NCBI RefSeq assembly: GCF_964194155.1
Contig: NC_135910.1
Span: 11,098,001-11,162,000, forward strand
Direction: 5' to 3'
Length of the DNA: 64,000 bases
Origin: Cetorhinus maximus
Lineage: Eukaryota
Within the stretch, counting starts at the first letter, position 1. Each line of letters begins with the position of its first letter. The position numbers and the translations under genes were made by a program. Below, piece by piece: positions 35,903 through 50,009 of this stretch. A model generated the notes under the pieces. That model was given only the letters and a program-made list of their open reading frames with translations. It made no database searches and was not told the DNA's origin.

Positions 35903-38900
35903 GTGAGTGAGTGAGTGGCCGGGGGCCGCGACATCAAAACCCTCGGGAAATGGAGGCTCCGGGGGTGGGGGGAGGCGTGGGGCGGGGCCGCGGAGGCATG
36001 GGGCGGAGCCAATGGATCGGGGGCGGGGACAATTGATCGGGGGCGGGGCTTCGGGATCCCATTGCCCCGCAGGGGGTGACGGTTGCGCATGCGCCCTTTG
36101 CAGCAGCTGTCATTGACAGATGTGTCAAAGCCCCTGACCAGCCAGTCATGCGGGGCCTGCTGTTTGCGCTGGCCTTCCGAAGGGCTCCCTGGTCAGACTG
36201 GTCAAAGATCTCAGGGCGGCCACTGGAAACGTTTCAAAGATACCCTAGTTTGAAGAGGATCGGCTTTGACCTCAACAGCTGGGAAGAGAGTGCACTGGAC
36301 CACCCATGATGGCGTGCCCTGCTTCACCAAGGGGTAGCTGGTTTCGAAGCAGGGTGGATGACAAAGGACGAAAGACGCGAGGGCAAGAAGAAAGCTCAAG
36401 AAGGCGCGCATCCCCTCATGGACCATGGACTGACTGACTGACTAATGGAGTGCTTCCCAAACACACACACACCCCGGGGATGTTCGTATTCTTCCCTGCA
36501 GAGCAGTGGAGGCAGGGTCATTGAATATGTTTAAGGCAGAAGGTAGATTCTTGACTAACGAGACAGAGGTTATGGGGGGTAGGCAGGAATGTGGAGTTGA
36601 GACGACAATCAGATCAACCATGATCTTATTGAATGGTGGAGCAGGCTCGAGGGGCTGAATGGCCTACTCCTAATTTGTATGCTTGTATTAGAAGGAACCT
36701 CACAGGTGTCAGAAATCAGCCTGAGCTTGACATCAGCCATTACTGTCATGGAGCTCACAACCCCTCTTGGGGTCATGACCCACAGTTTGGGAAGCCCTGG
36801 ACTAATGACTGGCTGTTGATCTGAAATGTGGATTTTTGGATTTGTTTTTTTCCATTTTAATGTTTTCTCTCTTAGCCTTCTACTTTCCCCTGCACTGACT
36901 TTGACCCATCCCTTTGTAGCCTGTCTCTTCCTCCCCACTTTCTTTCTCCCCCTCTCTACTCTGGGACTCTGTGGCAAGCATCCTTCTCTTTCTCGGAGCC
37001 CACCATTAGTTAGTCACCTGCAGTAGGCAGCTAGAGCCAGTAAGTGCTATATAATCTTTAATAACTACCTATATGCAGCTTTTTGATTTCTGTAATTTGT
37101 CTTATGCTTTTTAAAAGCTAACCAGCTGATATTTCACTTATAAACGCTTTTTTTTTAATGTGCCAGGATGAGGGATATGATACGAGATGGGCCATTTTAT
37201 CCACTTGAAGTATATGGTGTCAGCATTGGACATGCACAGGGTCATGAATTCCAAGGCAGTAATGGCTGCTGCAGAGCTCGGACTGATTTCTAACATTTGC
37301 GAGGTCCCTCCTAATGTGAATATATAAATTAGGAGTAGGCCATTCAGCCCCATCAAGCCTGCTCCACCATTCAATAAGATCATGGCTGATCTGATTGTGG
37401 ATTCACTCCAAATTCCTGCCTATCCCCCATAACCTCTGACGCCCTTGTTAAGAAAATCACAGACATGCTGTTCTAAACATCTCCCTTAAATCAGTGGAAC
37501 ACCAGTTTATCTGGGGAGAATTAGAGGGATGAAGCACTTGTCTGCACCCACTGTGAAAGCAGTGTGCAGTTCTGTGCTGCAGCACATGGGGACATCCTGG
37601 CCTCAGACTAGAATGAAAGTCACGACAGCTGATTTTTGAGATTGGGTACTTCTGCTGTGAGAAAAGATAATGGGCATCTGGTGGAACACATCAACATTTT
37701 AAAATGGATATTTTGAGTAAAGGTGAAGATTGGAGTCGAAGGTAGGACATTCAAGCAAGATGGTAAGGCAGAAGCAAGTAACCAATTGATTGCTTCCTAC
37801 GTTACAACAGTGACTAGACTTCAAAAGTACCTCATTGGACATAAAGTGCTTTTGAGATGCCTGGCAGTCATGAGAAGCACTATATAAATGCACGTCTTTC
37901 TTTTGCTTCTCCCTTCTTAGCTTTAGCGTTACTCAAAGCCAGAATCCTGCTTGATGGGAATGATTTGGTATTATTTGGGAGCTCAAGATACAGGATTAAT
38001 AATGTGCTGCTGGGATTATATTTCCTGTAAACTGCGCAGGTGCACAGCCATGCAGCAGCCCAGAATATATTGTGCAGTACAACAAACAGAACCAACCAGG
38101 GTTCCCTTTTAATACATAAATAACTGGGATTTGGGAATAGAACAGAGGGTACTAATGATAGGATGTTATGTCTTTACACTTTTTGACTATATTTACTCAA
38201 AAGATATGGAAACATGTTTATTTTAATCTTGGCCTTTATGCATAGTGTTTTCACAAGTATTTTTTAGCAAAAAAAGACTTTGACAAGTTAGGATTAAGGT
38301 GCTAATTTGATAGCTCTGTTGTCTGGGTCTGTACATTTTGCTAGCCTTATTTTAGAAATTGCACAATATCTCGCGCACGTTGTTTTGGAAAGTTATTGAT
38401 CACTTTTCCTAGCTGCGGAATCAACAATAACTTTTATTTGTGTAGCATCTTTAATGTAATAAAACATCCCAAGGCGCTTCACTGGCGCGTTATAAAACAA
38501 AATTTGACACTGAGCCCTGTAGGGAAACATATTAGGTCAGATGACTAAAAGCTTGGTCAGAGAGATAAGATAGGGTGGATGTTGGACGGGGGCAGTCATG
38601 TTTTTAAAGCAGAATGCTGCTGAAAGCATAATTTCCATCTATGGAGTTAGGTTGCAGATCAGCCATGATCTCATTGAGTGACAACAGGCTGGAGGTGCTA
38701 GATGGGCTATTCCTGTTCCTATGTGCCCTGTAAGGTGTATGAATGTACAGCAGCCCAGAAAATACCCCGCTAGTAGTTCCGTTCAAGATGACGTGGATGT
38801 GCGTGTTTTAAAAAATTTAAAAGGTACCGTGCATTGAAATGAACAGGTTTCACACCAGAAAAATAAAAGGGAAAATTGGCTAGAAGGATACAATGAAGAG

Positions 38901-39109
38901 AGTAGTTGATAATTAATTTAAGGCAGGTGGCCCCACTGCTATGGGGAAGAACAGCATTTTTTTATTTTTATACTACTCTGCAAAATATAATGGTACTGAT
39001 TTTAAAATAAGACTAAGCTGTGCAGACCCAGTATCCAGTTTCTGTTGAAGTCCTAGATATGTTGTGACAAACCTGTTTTTAAAACCTTGCTATTCACCTT
39101 TTACGATAG

Positions 39110-39253
39110 TGCAAACTGGAACTGATTGTGGGCTCTCCAGCCTCCTGCATGGAGCTGCAGCTGTTCAGTCCAGATGACAAATTCATCGGCTTGCTGAACC
39201 AAGATGATGCACTGCTTGGTTCCTATCCCATTGACGACCGCTGCCGGATACAT
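39110..39253 (+). CDS. TBCB: TBCB exon 2 (ubiquitin-like domain)
   Basis: [48 protein letters not shown]; AG/GT bounded. Confidence 0.95.
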
Positions 39254-40909
39254 GTGAGTATAGCACAGTCACACAACTGCTTTCGGTAAAGCTCATCGAA
39301 GGTGAACCTCCCAGCTGTTCAGGTTACAACAGGTTCAGATCAATATTGTAAATTTCAAAAGTCCTTTTTTTAAAATCTTCCACTTTTTAAATATTCCTTT
39401 CTTTTTAGTTGCCCTTGATACCTTCAAGTGCTTTTTCAGTCTTCCTTGTTGCCCATATTATCATCTTGGTGTTGTTGTTACTTTTTCTAATTCCAGCAGT
39501 TGAACACAGCCTAGGCTAGCAATTGAAAGCAGAATTAAGCCAATGCCCCAGAATTGTGCCTGCTGTCCTTTTTGGATGTGCTGTTAGATCAATAACAAAT
39601 GTGTGTCTGTTCATAACCCTGGCTCCATTTGAAGCTGGTCAGGAAACTGTAATGTTATGCTTATTGTTGTTATGCTACCAAAAACAACTAAACTGTTTGT
39701 CTCACTCATTGCTCTTTGTGGAAGCTTGCTGAAAACACAATTACTACTGCCTGTGTAACGTTTGCAGCATTTCAGAAATAGTTGATGCTCTGTGGGGCTT
39801 TGTGGAATATCCTCACAATCTAGGAAGGCGTTTGAAATTTTGTGGAAAATCGGTAAACCATTCCAAGTGTATTTAGTAAATCTGTCCTTTCCTATAACTT
39901 CTGCGTTCCTCTTTCAATCTTTTTCCAAGTTAAAATCTCTCTCATTATTGCCCCTAACTGACTGGGCCTAGTTTGAAACGAAATCAACTGCCCCTCCATT
40001 TAAATGCTGCTTAGATCAAGTTATACCTTTTGCCCACTCTCGCCCTCATGCTCCTCAATCTTTAATTATCCCAGCTAATTGTGTATAAAATTTGATTCTT
40101 TTCACCGGACTTTTAGTTAAAAAGCTGGAAATACAAAATAAAGTTGAAGAATAGGTTAATGCCTTGTGTACACAATCAACTTAGAGGGCCAAAATTACTT
40201 TTAATGGAGAACTGTAGAATATTTTTCTCTGGAATATCACCAAAATAGCATGAATGTGCTCTGAAACTTCTGATCACGGTGGATTGAAAAAAAAAAATAG
40301 ATTGCTTGTGATGAAAGCTTAAAAAAGCAATTTCACTTCCTGGAAACTGAAAGAATGAATTAAATGCACCTTTTTGAAAGATTACTAAAGCCTTAGTGGT
40401 GGCACGAAATCGGCACAATGGAGTGAATTCATTTCGTCTCATCATTGCTCTTGAGCAGACAGACAGGAATTTATATAATAATGGTACTAAATTGTTAAAG
40501 TTTTAATAATCCTGCATTTGATAAATCAAATAGATTCACTAAATTACCAAAATACCACATGGTTGTAGGTGAAGTTCGACTAAGTACAGGTAGATATACA
40601 GTTAGCTGTGATAATTAAAGATTGGGGAGTGTGAGAGTGGCTGAAAGAGAGAACTTGATCTAAAGTGACATTTAGATGGAGGGGCAGTTGATTTAATTTC
40701 AAACTAGACCTGGCCACTTAGGGGCAACAATGGGAGATTTTAACCTGGTAGGTATGTTTTGGCACAGTACAGAAGAAATGTACTTGATGGAAATTGGTTA
40801 GAGTTCCTGGAGCAAACAATCAGTTTGCCTTCACTCCACTGGTACAGTGCGGTTATTATCATTTTCCTTTTAAAGTTAACTGGGATGATTTCATATATTT
40901 GTTTTGTAG

Positions 40910-41006
40910 GTAATTGATCAAAGTGGAGTGAAGAGTGGAGAGTTTGAGGATGTGTCTAAAGTTATAAAGTACGAAATGTCCAATGAAGCATATGATAAGA
41001 GAGCAG
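40910..41006 (+). CDS. TBCB: TBCB exon 3
   Basis: VIDQSGVKSGEFEDVSKVIKYEMSNEAYDKRA; AG/GT bounded, phase 0/1. Confidence 0.95.
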
Positions 41007-42880
41007 GTAAGATGACTTAGAGCAATATCATGTACTGTTTTATTTATTTCTTTTATACTTGTACTCCAACCATGGAATGTTGAGTCTGCATTCTATAATG
41101 TGTAGAATTGTTTTTGTAAAATTAAAAGAGTATTTGGCTCAATTTTCTGATTTAACTATGTTAGTTCAGATGGCTAGGCTCTGGCTGCCAGATTGCTCTT
41201 AAACCAGGTACTGAGAAGTGTACAGAAGTCACCCGTGGTGATGAACTTGAGAATTGCAGGGTTGAAGTGCATTTGAAACACTAAATCTGGTTTGCAACAA
41301 TCTTTTTATTGTGTTCGACTACGTGACACACGAAATGTCTCTTAAGTAGCAGATATCCATAATAAACTATATTCCCCTTCTGGGGATCCTTTTGATGCTG
41401 ACTTTTGGTAAGTGTGAAGGAGAGCCCAAGAGCTTCAAAGACCTAGATGATTCATTATATCCTGATAGCTATTGTGAAGTAACTCCTACAAAACACCAGA
41501 TGCCAACCACTCCACCTGACCTGTTGTCTCACTCCCTTTTGCTGTCTCAAGGCTCATCTCATTTCACAGTGTAGTGACGAGATTTTGTCAAACAGACATG
41601 GACCACACAAACTACATTTTCAACCAATGTGAAACAGCATAGTCAGCTAAAGTGTGTACCCTGCCATGTTTTAAACCCTAAAGCTGACCCTGGGTACAGG
41701 AAACTTTTAACCACTTCATTATTTCTAGCTACAACACGCACTCAGCAGCCATTGATAGGTAAAAAGAAAGCAAAATAACCTTGATTGTCTGAGATACTCT
41801 AATCCTACGTATATATCTATACATGACTAAGGTATCTTACAGAAACTTGCCACAATTCAGGCTTCTTCCCAATGCTTTCCCTGAACTTGCTGCAAGAGGC
41901 AGATTCCTTGGGCAAATCCACATTTCCTATAATATGAAACTAATTTTAAGTAACAGCTTGGATAGCGTGGAGCAGTGAATCCTTGTACCATTCGGGTCAT
42001 GCACCAGAAATATGATCAGTAAGCTGTATCCTCCAGATCTGAGTTAGTGAAAGCACTCTTCTGATGGATCACATTTTGGATCAAGCTAAAAACTACTTCT
42101 GAAGTTTAGCTTTTACTTTTATTTTAAATTTATAATTCATTTTTAACAGCATACTTCATTTAACTCGCCCCCCCGCCAGCCAAAGTTCCTGTACAAAAAT
42201 TCTGACATTTACAGTTCTGTTAGTAACCTTTTGAATCTTGTGATGAGAAATTTTGAGAGAACTGATTCTCGTGGAGGCTCTATTAATCTCCCAACTTGGA
42301 CAGCAGCAATGCAAAACATCTAGAGAATGGGCACCAGCCTGGCTAAATTACTATGCCCAAGCTGGCACAGTGGTGCGATAGCATTCCATGTTGATAAAGC
42401 AGCGTTGCCTGGTATCTGCTGAGTAGATAGGAATGTGGACAAAATGCATCCTCATCAGACTGTTCCCTTAGCCGATTAACTATAATGTCAAACAGTCTTG
42501 CTTGCTTTCCCCATAGTTATTTTATCCAGCTTTTAAATTCCATTTTTGACGGTAGACCACTCAAAAATTACTCAATTCATCTACACCTGTGTAAAGGAAA
42601 AAGTACAAAATCTTGTAGTTTGAAATAGGATTGACTTAGACCCATTAGCCTTTTTCTTCCATGGGAGGGGGAAAGTACTGAGCTGGCTTTGCTGAGCTGG
42701 TGAGTGAAGTTTACTGTGTGACATTGGTCAGGGAAATTTCATTCCCCTCCCCGGATCAATTTGTTCAGTTAACTTTTGTAGTAAGTTGTTGAACTGTGCT
42801 CCAACAAATTTGTGAGACAATGTTAGCTAAGAGTGCTTCAGGCAGTTTGTAACTGAACAATTAACTGGTTTCTATTTTAG

Positions 42881-43072
42881 ATTCGATGCGTTTGTTCCTG
42901 AAACGCAGTAAACTAGGCTTGTATAATGAGGAACAAAAAGCAAAGGATAAGATCGATCTCGAGCAGAGGATACAAGAAGAAAAGGCTTTGGCTGATGCCA
43001 TTCTAGTTGGTGCAAGATGTGAGGTTCTAATCCCTGGGCAGCCATCCAAGCGGGGTACAGTAATGTATGTGG
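42881..43072 (+). CDS. TBCB: TBCB exon 4
   Basis: [13 protein letters not shown]...[23 protein letters not shown]; 192 nt, AG/GT bounded. Confidence 0.95.
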
Positions 43073-43904
43073 GTAAGTTGGTTGTGACTTGTAGGGTCCA
43101 CAATTTAAAGTATCTTCCCATCCTCTCAGTGATGTATTTTATTGCGTTCTCTTTTCCAGGCATCAGATGCTTCCCTTCCCCTCCTTTTTGTCCCACCAGC
43201 CCTATTTTTTCCCGGCCACTCACCCACCCCTACAGCGATTCCTTTTGTATTGTACCTTTTTGTTGAATGAGATGAAATTTAGAATGTTAAAGTAGCTCCA
43301 TCAGAGCCCACTAAATGTATTTGTGGCCCATCTAATCTGGGAAGGCCATTGTTGGTTGGGCTGCCAGCAATAAAGGAATTGCTTTAGTGTAGCTTTGGTT
43401 CCTGTTACACCCCACACTCTCTTGATTTCAGCTAATTATTTGTGGCAACATGTCCTACCACAGAATGAGGCAGCATCTAACTGGGAAGAGGACTTTTGTC
43501 CATCGAATATGTGATATTTTTAAATCTACACTGGCCTGTGTGTTCTACCCTGGGGAAGTTCACTGCTTTCCTCAAGGCCTTGGTTGGATACTAACCCCAG
43601 TGTACTTTTCGTTTACATATTGCATGCTACGGAGAGGTATCCTGAAAAATTTTCCTCAAAAAAATTTTGTTCAGCTTGTTTGTTCTAGTAGAGCAGTTGT
43701 CAACATGAAACAGGATCCACAGAACTCTTTGGGTCAGGCATCTTTATCCGGGAGCCCATCGTGTGCCTAGTCATAGATTTCAGTTGCACATTCACTGCCA
43801 CTTAGTGTGTATTCATGGTAAACATTCACAAGTTTAGTCTGGGTTTGCACATTGTCTCAAATATCAACAGTGAGTGTGTATCACCTGTAGTTTTTCTATT
43901 TCAG

Positions 43905-43977
43905 GTCAAACAGAATTTAAACCCGGATACTGGATTGGACTAAAATATGATGAACCTTTAGGAAAACATGATGGCAG
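43905..43977 (+). CDS. TBCB: TBCB exon 5 (CAP-Gly)
   Basis: [23 protein letters not shown], the CAP-Gly GK(N/H)DG motif. Confidence 0.95.
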
Positions 43978-44127
43978 GTAAAGCCTGTGCTGTGAAATTC
44001 AATTGTTAACAGTAATTGGTTATTGAGTTGTACTGAAATAGCATTTTGAATGTAAAATTGCCACAGTCAAACTGTCCTGAGTTCTTTGCTCTACAGGTAA
44101 TTAATTGTTTTTTTGTTTTTTCTGCAG

Positions 44128-44245
44128 TGTGAACGGAAAGAGGTATTTTCAATGTCAGTCCAAGTATGGTGCATTTGTGAAGCCACAGTCTGTAACAGTG
44201 GGAGATTACCCGGAGGAGGACTACGGTCTAAATGACGAAATGTGA
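44128..44245 (+). CDS. TBCB: TBCB exon 6 (last coding exon)
   Basis: [39 protein letters not shown]; candidate AATAAA at 45467. Confidence 0.95.
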
Positions 44246-47200
44246 ATGCTAATTACCTACATCTTAGAAGCATTGACACACTATCTGTGGACTTGTCCCA
44301 ATGATCCTGAATACAATTGATTCCTTCTTACAGCTACATTCAGGTGCTTGGAGTTTCTGAATACGTTGGGACTTTGCTGTGATTTGTTTTAGATGCTCTG
44401 CAGAGAGAGTTTTGCTCGAGATGTCCATTACTTTTATATTTGCAAGATTAATATTCCCAATTTACTAGCTGACACTGGTTACATGTAAATCTGTACAGAA
44501 TTTGCAAAGTACAGTGGTTTGATACCTGGCCATTTCCCGAGTTACTCTTGGGCTCTCTATGTAAACACTTGTGAAAAGTTGCTACTCCTAATGTAAGCCA
44601 TGGAAATTAATGTTGTATTGCATCAGACCACAACCATGGCTCAACAATGCCCAGCACTAGTCATTTAGGTACGTTTGTGAAAGAACAGTGTTCGTTCCTT
44701 CTGAACATTGTCTCATTTATACTTAAGTGTATTTTGCTCACTAGGGCAGAGGTCTGAGCTTTCAGATGAAATAATTGATCTGCTGCTGATTGCCACAACA
44801 GTAACTTTAGATTATATATCCAGCTACCTTGGTGATTACTCTTTTAAAGTTAGCAGATTGCATGTCACTTGTTTCCTGGGGTAGGTCACAACGATGCTTG
44901 TTGTCAAATCTTTTTAACTTATTCTGAGACACCTCTGGGTGCAACTTCTGTAAACAAAAGGCTTTAAATCTGACATCAAAACTGTCTTGATTCTGTCCTG
45001 AGTTATTTATGCAGAGGACAATGTCCCAGCAGCTGTGTAAAAGATTGGATGGTAAATATGTCTTATTTTTACTAATGTTTATTTTTATCCTTTTCCAGCG
45101 AGTTTGTAACACTTAATTGAGATTTAAAGTTTGCAATATCTTGCCAAACACCCACTTTCTTCTATTTAAAAAGAGGGGGCAGTGATTTACTCCCCATGTC
45201 AATGAAATGTTGCTTTATAACCAGGGTGTGCACATAACATTTTTGTGTTGAATGAAAAGGACATTTTTGTTTTTGCCTTAACTTCTGATTTTTGCCGATG
45301 ATCACTTTAATGCAGTGAGAAATTTAACATTTTAAGTACAGTGCCATTCACTTATCTCCCTCCACATTTTTATCACCAAGATGTGTTTGACAATTGGCTG
45401 CACTATTAAGATTGCCCCTGCGGCAAGGTTTTGGCACATGTACACCAATGTAAAAGATAGTGAAGAAATAAAGCATCCTTACCTCACAGAAGCTTTTCAT
45501 TGCATTCTGGTATACCATCTGTTGTGAAACTGTATTTTATAAGTTTATAGTTTATTTTTGTCAACAGCAGTGCACTCATCAGAACTTTAATTAGTTTTTG
45601 ACATAGGAGGGTGGCTGGGGATGGTGGGGGGAAAAGGTGGTACACCTACATAAAAGATGAATACGCAGAGAATCATGCACTAGAGTAGTACCTGGGCAAA
45701 ATATAGGTTTCCATCTAATAGAGGGTGGTGGCTTAAGAGGGAGAGAGAGAATAACCATTATATTGAGCCTTTTAGAGGTAGTACTTACTTGGAGGGGCAG
45801 AATACCTCAATTGATGGGCATAGAACAAGAGTGGTCAGCGGGGACCTTAAAAGTGTAGGCATGTTAGGCTAGCCTAAGCAATGGAAGGTGACTGCACTTT
45901 AAGGGTAGTGTGGCGAAGGTAGTCGAGGTACTGTGCTGGGAGGAGTACAGTGGTTGAGGCCAACAGGTATCAGTGGGGGTAAGGGGCTGGTGAGGTTCAC
46001 AGCGAGTGCTATGCTGGGGGGAGGGGTGGGTGGGAATGAAGGAGTGAAGGGAAATTGTAACACAAGTAGGCCACTCAGCCCCTCAAATCTATTCTGCCAC
46101 TCAAAACATGGATTAATGGAATTGAGGTGCAAATTAGCCATTTTTTTCCCTATATATCCCTTGATATATACGTTGTTAGGTTAATTGGTCTACTTTGGAA
46201 AATTACAGGCTTTGGAGGGTGGGGAAGAACGGAACTCCAGATATCGCGTACCCCTTGTGTGGAAATGGTGTTTCCTGGTTTCATTTCTGAAAGGCTTAGC
46301 TCTGATTGTAAGACTATGACCCCCCCCCCCCCCCCCCCATGTTTTATTTCTCTGCATCTAGCCTATTTAATCCCTTACTCTATTTCAAATACCTCCAATT
46401 AGATCAACCTTCCAAGGGAAAATACAAGCCAAACCTATGAAACCTGACCTCCATAATTTAACCCATTAAACTCAGTTTCGTTTTGCTGAGTCTGCACTGT
46501 CCTTTTCAGTTTATCCTTCCTGAGCTGAACTTTGTATTCTAGATAGGGTCTGACCAAGGCGCCAGAGTAAATGAAGTGTAACTTCCTAGTCTTCATGTCC
46601 CAACCCTCTTGAGGTTAAGAATAACATTCCGTTAGACTGTGCGATTGATCTTTGTACCTTCAGACTAGGTTCTAGTGATTTTGTGTACCTGAACACCCAG
46701 ATCCCTTTTTTCCTCTAGTTCTAATGGCAAGAATCTAATAAAATATCCAGTTTTGCCTTTCTTGGATCCAAAGAAGATTATCGCACATTTATCCAGATTG
46801 AACTCTTTTTTTTATGCCCACTCATGTATCTATGTCCCTTTCACTTACTGTGCCTTCTAACGGTTAGCTCAAAACTCAGATATACAACTGTTCCTTTGTC
46901 TACATTGTTAATTTTAAAAATTCATTCTTGGGATATGGGTGTCACTGGCAAGGCCAGCATTTATTTCCCATCCCTAATTGCCCTTGAGAAGGTGGTGGTG
47001 AGCTGCCTTCTTGAACCGCTGCAGTCCATGTGGTGTAGGTACACCCACAGTGCTGTTAGGAAGACCCAGCAATAATGATGGAACAGCAGTTATATTTCAG
47101 GAAGGTGAGTGGCTTGGAGGGGAATTTGCAGGTGCTGGTATTCCCATGCATTTGCTGCCCTTGTCCTTGTGTGGTAGAGGTCGCGGGTTTGGAATGTGCT

Positions 47201-47259
47201 GTTGAAGGAGGCCTGGTTTGGAAGGTACAGTGAAAAGCTTAAGGCCTGAGGAACGCCAC

Positions 47260-47690
47260 TTGTCATATCTGAGTCTTGGGCAGTTTCTCAGGCTCCAGGA
47301 TGACTTGCTCCCACTCGCGGTTCGATAGGTTCTGAGATGGCTGATAAGTCCGATGCTTGATTGGCAGACTCTGCCACATGTGGGCCAGGTGGTGTTTGGA
47401 AGGTCAGGTGGATGAATTGTTTGGCAGTTAGTGCGCTCCCTCCGATACCTTTGCCAGTGCATGTTCCCGACGAAGTCTCTTGTGTTAGGTGCCTGCCCGA
47501 ATGAAACTTGTCCATTTTGGGAGGGCACAAACCAGGGACTCCCCTAAGTTGACGAGGATATTTGGCCTCTTCAGGGATGTTTTGAGGACATCGCCAAAGC
47601 ATTTCTGCTGGCATTTTGGGAGTCTCCAGCCGCCACTGAGTTCTGAGTGCAACAGCTGCTGCAGGAGTCTGGTGTCAGGGATGCGACAGT
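47260..47690 (-). mobile_element. RTE-clade LINE 3' fragment (similar remnant ~36150-36420 +)
   Basis: PDTRLLQQLLHSEL..G.RLP..QQKCFGDVLKTSLK and CGRVCQSSIGLISHLRT resemble the RTE ORF C-terminus. Confidence 0.6.
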
Positions 47691-48334
47691 ACAACGTTAG
47701 GAGTCCATGTTAGGGGTCCTCCGGCTCTACGCCTATTGCCAGAGTGTTTTGGAAAGTGGTCAGAGTTTCTGCTATTTCTCCCCGAAGCACACTAGGATAC
47801 GTGCCAGTGGGGCCGGGTTATTTGTCCACTTTCAAGGATGCTCGGCACCTTAATATTTTCTCCCACCCAATATTTCACACTCCTTCTCGACTGCCCTGTC
47901 CCTCTCTTATGTGAAAAGAGACACAAGGTGTTCATGAAGAACCATCCCCCTGCCATCCACCACGACACACAAGTAATCGGCCCTAACCTTTCCTTAGTTA
48001 ACCTCTGTCTCTTTATGCATTAACCCAGGTGGGTTTAGTTTGTGAGTTACACCCTCTTTGTGGGGATCGTATTAGTGCTGAACTTTCCCCACCACCCCTT
48101 TGAATGCCTCCCAATGGCTCTGACACTGATATACCCTTAAATAGCTGTTTCTAGGTCATCTTCTGCCAACGTCGCAAGTTTATCAACAATTCCGCAAGGT
48201 GACACCTAATTCCATAGGCTCCGATTTTTATTTTACCAATAATTTATCATCTGGTACTTCGCAAGTCAAGGGGAACTGCAAAAAAGCAGCGTATAGAAGG
48301 CAACGAGTAGCGGTGGAAGGGTTGCAAGATATCG

Positions 48335-49255
48335 CTGCACTGGGAGGACTAGGGTGGGTAGTGACGGTGGGCGGTGCTGCGCTGGGAGGACCAGGGGCGG
48401 CAGTGACGGTGGGCGGCGCTGCGCTGGGAGGACCAGGGGCGGTAGTGACGCTGGGCGGCGCTGCGCTGGGAGGACCAGGGTGGGTAGTGACGGTGGGCGG
48501 CGCTGCGCTGGGAGGACCAGGGGCGGCAGTGACGGTGGGCGGCGCTGCGCTGGGAGGACCAGGGGCGGTAGTGACGGTGGGCGGCGCTGCGCTGCGAGGA
48601 CCAAGGGCGGCAGTGACGGTGGGCGGCGCTGCGCTGGGAGGACCAGGGTGGGTAGTGACGGTGGGCGGTGCTGCGCTGGGAGGACCAGGGTGGGTAGTGA
48701 CGGTGGGCGGCGCTGCGCTGGGAGGACCAGGGGCGGTAGTGACGGTGGGCGGCGCTGCGCTGGGAGGACCAGGGGCGGTAGTGACGGTGAGATAAAAACA
48801 AAAAACTGCGGATGCTGGAAATCCAAAACAAAAACAGAAACAGAAATACCTGGAAAAACTCAGCAGGTCTGGCAGCATCGGCGAAGAAGAGTACAGTTGG
48901 ACCAGGGTGGGTAGTGACGCTGGGCGGACCAGGGTGGGTAGTGACGCTGGGCGGCGCTGCACTGGGAGGACCAGGGTCGGTAGTGACGCTGGGCGGACCA
49001 GGGTGGGTAGTGACGCTGGGCGGCGCTGCACTGGGAGGACCAGGGTCGGTAGTGACGGTGGGCGGCGCTGCGCTGGGAGGACCCGGGTCGGTAGTGACGG
49101 TGGGCGGTGCTGCGCTGGGAGGACCAGGGTGGGTAGTGACTGTAGGCGGCGCTGCGCTGGGAGGACCAGGGTCGGTAGTGACGGTGGGCGGTGCTGCGCT
49201 GGGAGGACCAGGGTGGGTAGTGACTGTAGGCGGCGCTGCGCTGGGAGGACCAGGG
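48335..49255. repeat. GC-rich 42-bp minisatellite interrupted by a Penelope terminus (~48790-48897)
   Basis: Unit gtgacggtgggcggcgctgcgctgggaggaccaggggcggca; 14-aa periodic ORFs. Confidence 0.93.
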
Positions 49256-49299
49256 CTTTGCGGGTAAGTGTGAGGAAAATGGAGGGTGATTTTGGCCTG

Positions 49300-49445
49300 A
49301 AATTGGCGCATTTCGAAGTGGGAAAGGGGAGCCTGATCCGCCAGCCGGCAATGGGAACGGCTGCTGCCTTTTTGGGGCGCGGAAGCTGAGTGCGATTCCC
49401 GTGTGGGAAGGGGTCACCCAGGCTCGGCTGTCTCCCGGCGTAAGG
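49300..49445 (+). promoter_or_regulatory. CpG-rich putative promoter / non-coding exon 1 of SDHAF1
   Basis: CpG-rich, ETS-like gcggaag at ~49378, donor cggc|gtaagg at 49440; SDHAF1 ATG is preceded by a strong acceptor at 52867. Confidence 0.5.
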
Positions 49446-50009
49446 TTACGACGGTTTTACGCCGACTAAAAATTGGGGAACTAAAGCCAAAAAATGCTCC
49501 ATGAGATGGGGGAGAGGAAGGTTAATACCAAAAAAAAACACTCTGCACGCTGAAAAATCTGAGATAAACACTGAATTGTTAGAATTGCTCAGTGACCTGT
49601 GGAGAGAGGAAGAACAAATAGTTAATATTCCAGCTCAGAAACTCTCCTGTTTTTATATCATTGGATAAAGTTAAAGGAATGGGTTCTAGCACATTCCTCA
49701 GGGGTTGCACCGCACTCCCCATGTTTCACCTGTCTGTCTCCTCTATAACCCCTAATATTTGCTTTATTACAGGTTCGAAGGTATCAAGCAAGCTCCGCAC
49801 CCTGAATTTTGGACTCGGACCCCCCACCCACCCCCCACATTCCTGTCCCTTCCCCCCGGAGTCTGCCGGGGGATCAGGGGGTCGCACCCTTGACGCGGAA
49901 GATTGTGGGCGAAATCTCAGCGGAACGTGCCTGTGCCAGACTTTCAGATCGGATCTTCACCTGAGCTTCCCCCCCTCCCCAGCCGCCTGCATTCTCGGTT
50001 GAAAACGTG

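Noticed and set aside
48199-49417. Several long mucin/collagen-like ORFs on both strands
   Set aside because: They arise from a stop-poor 42-bp GC-rich minisatellite and read through a Penelope fragment.
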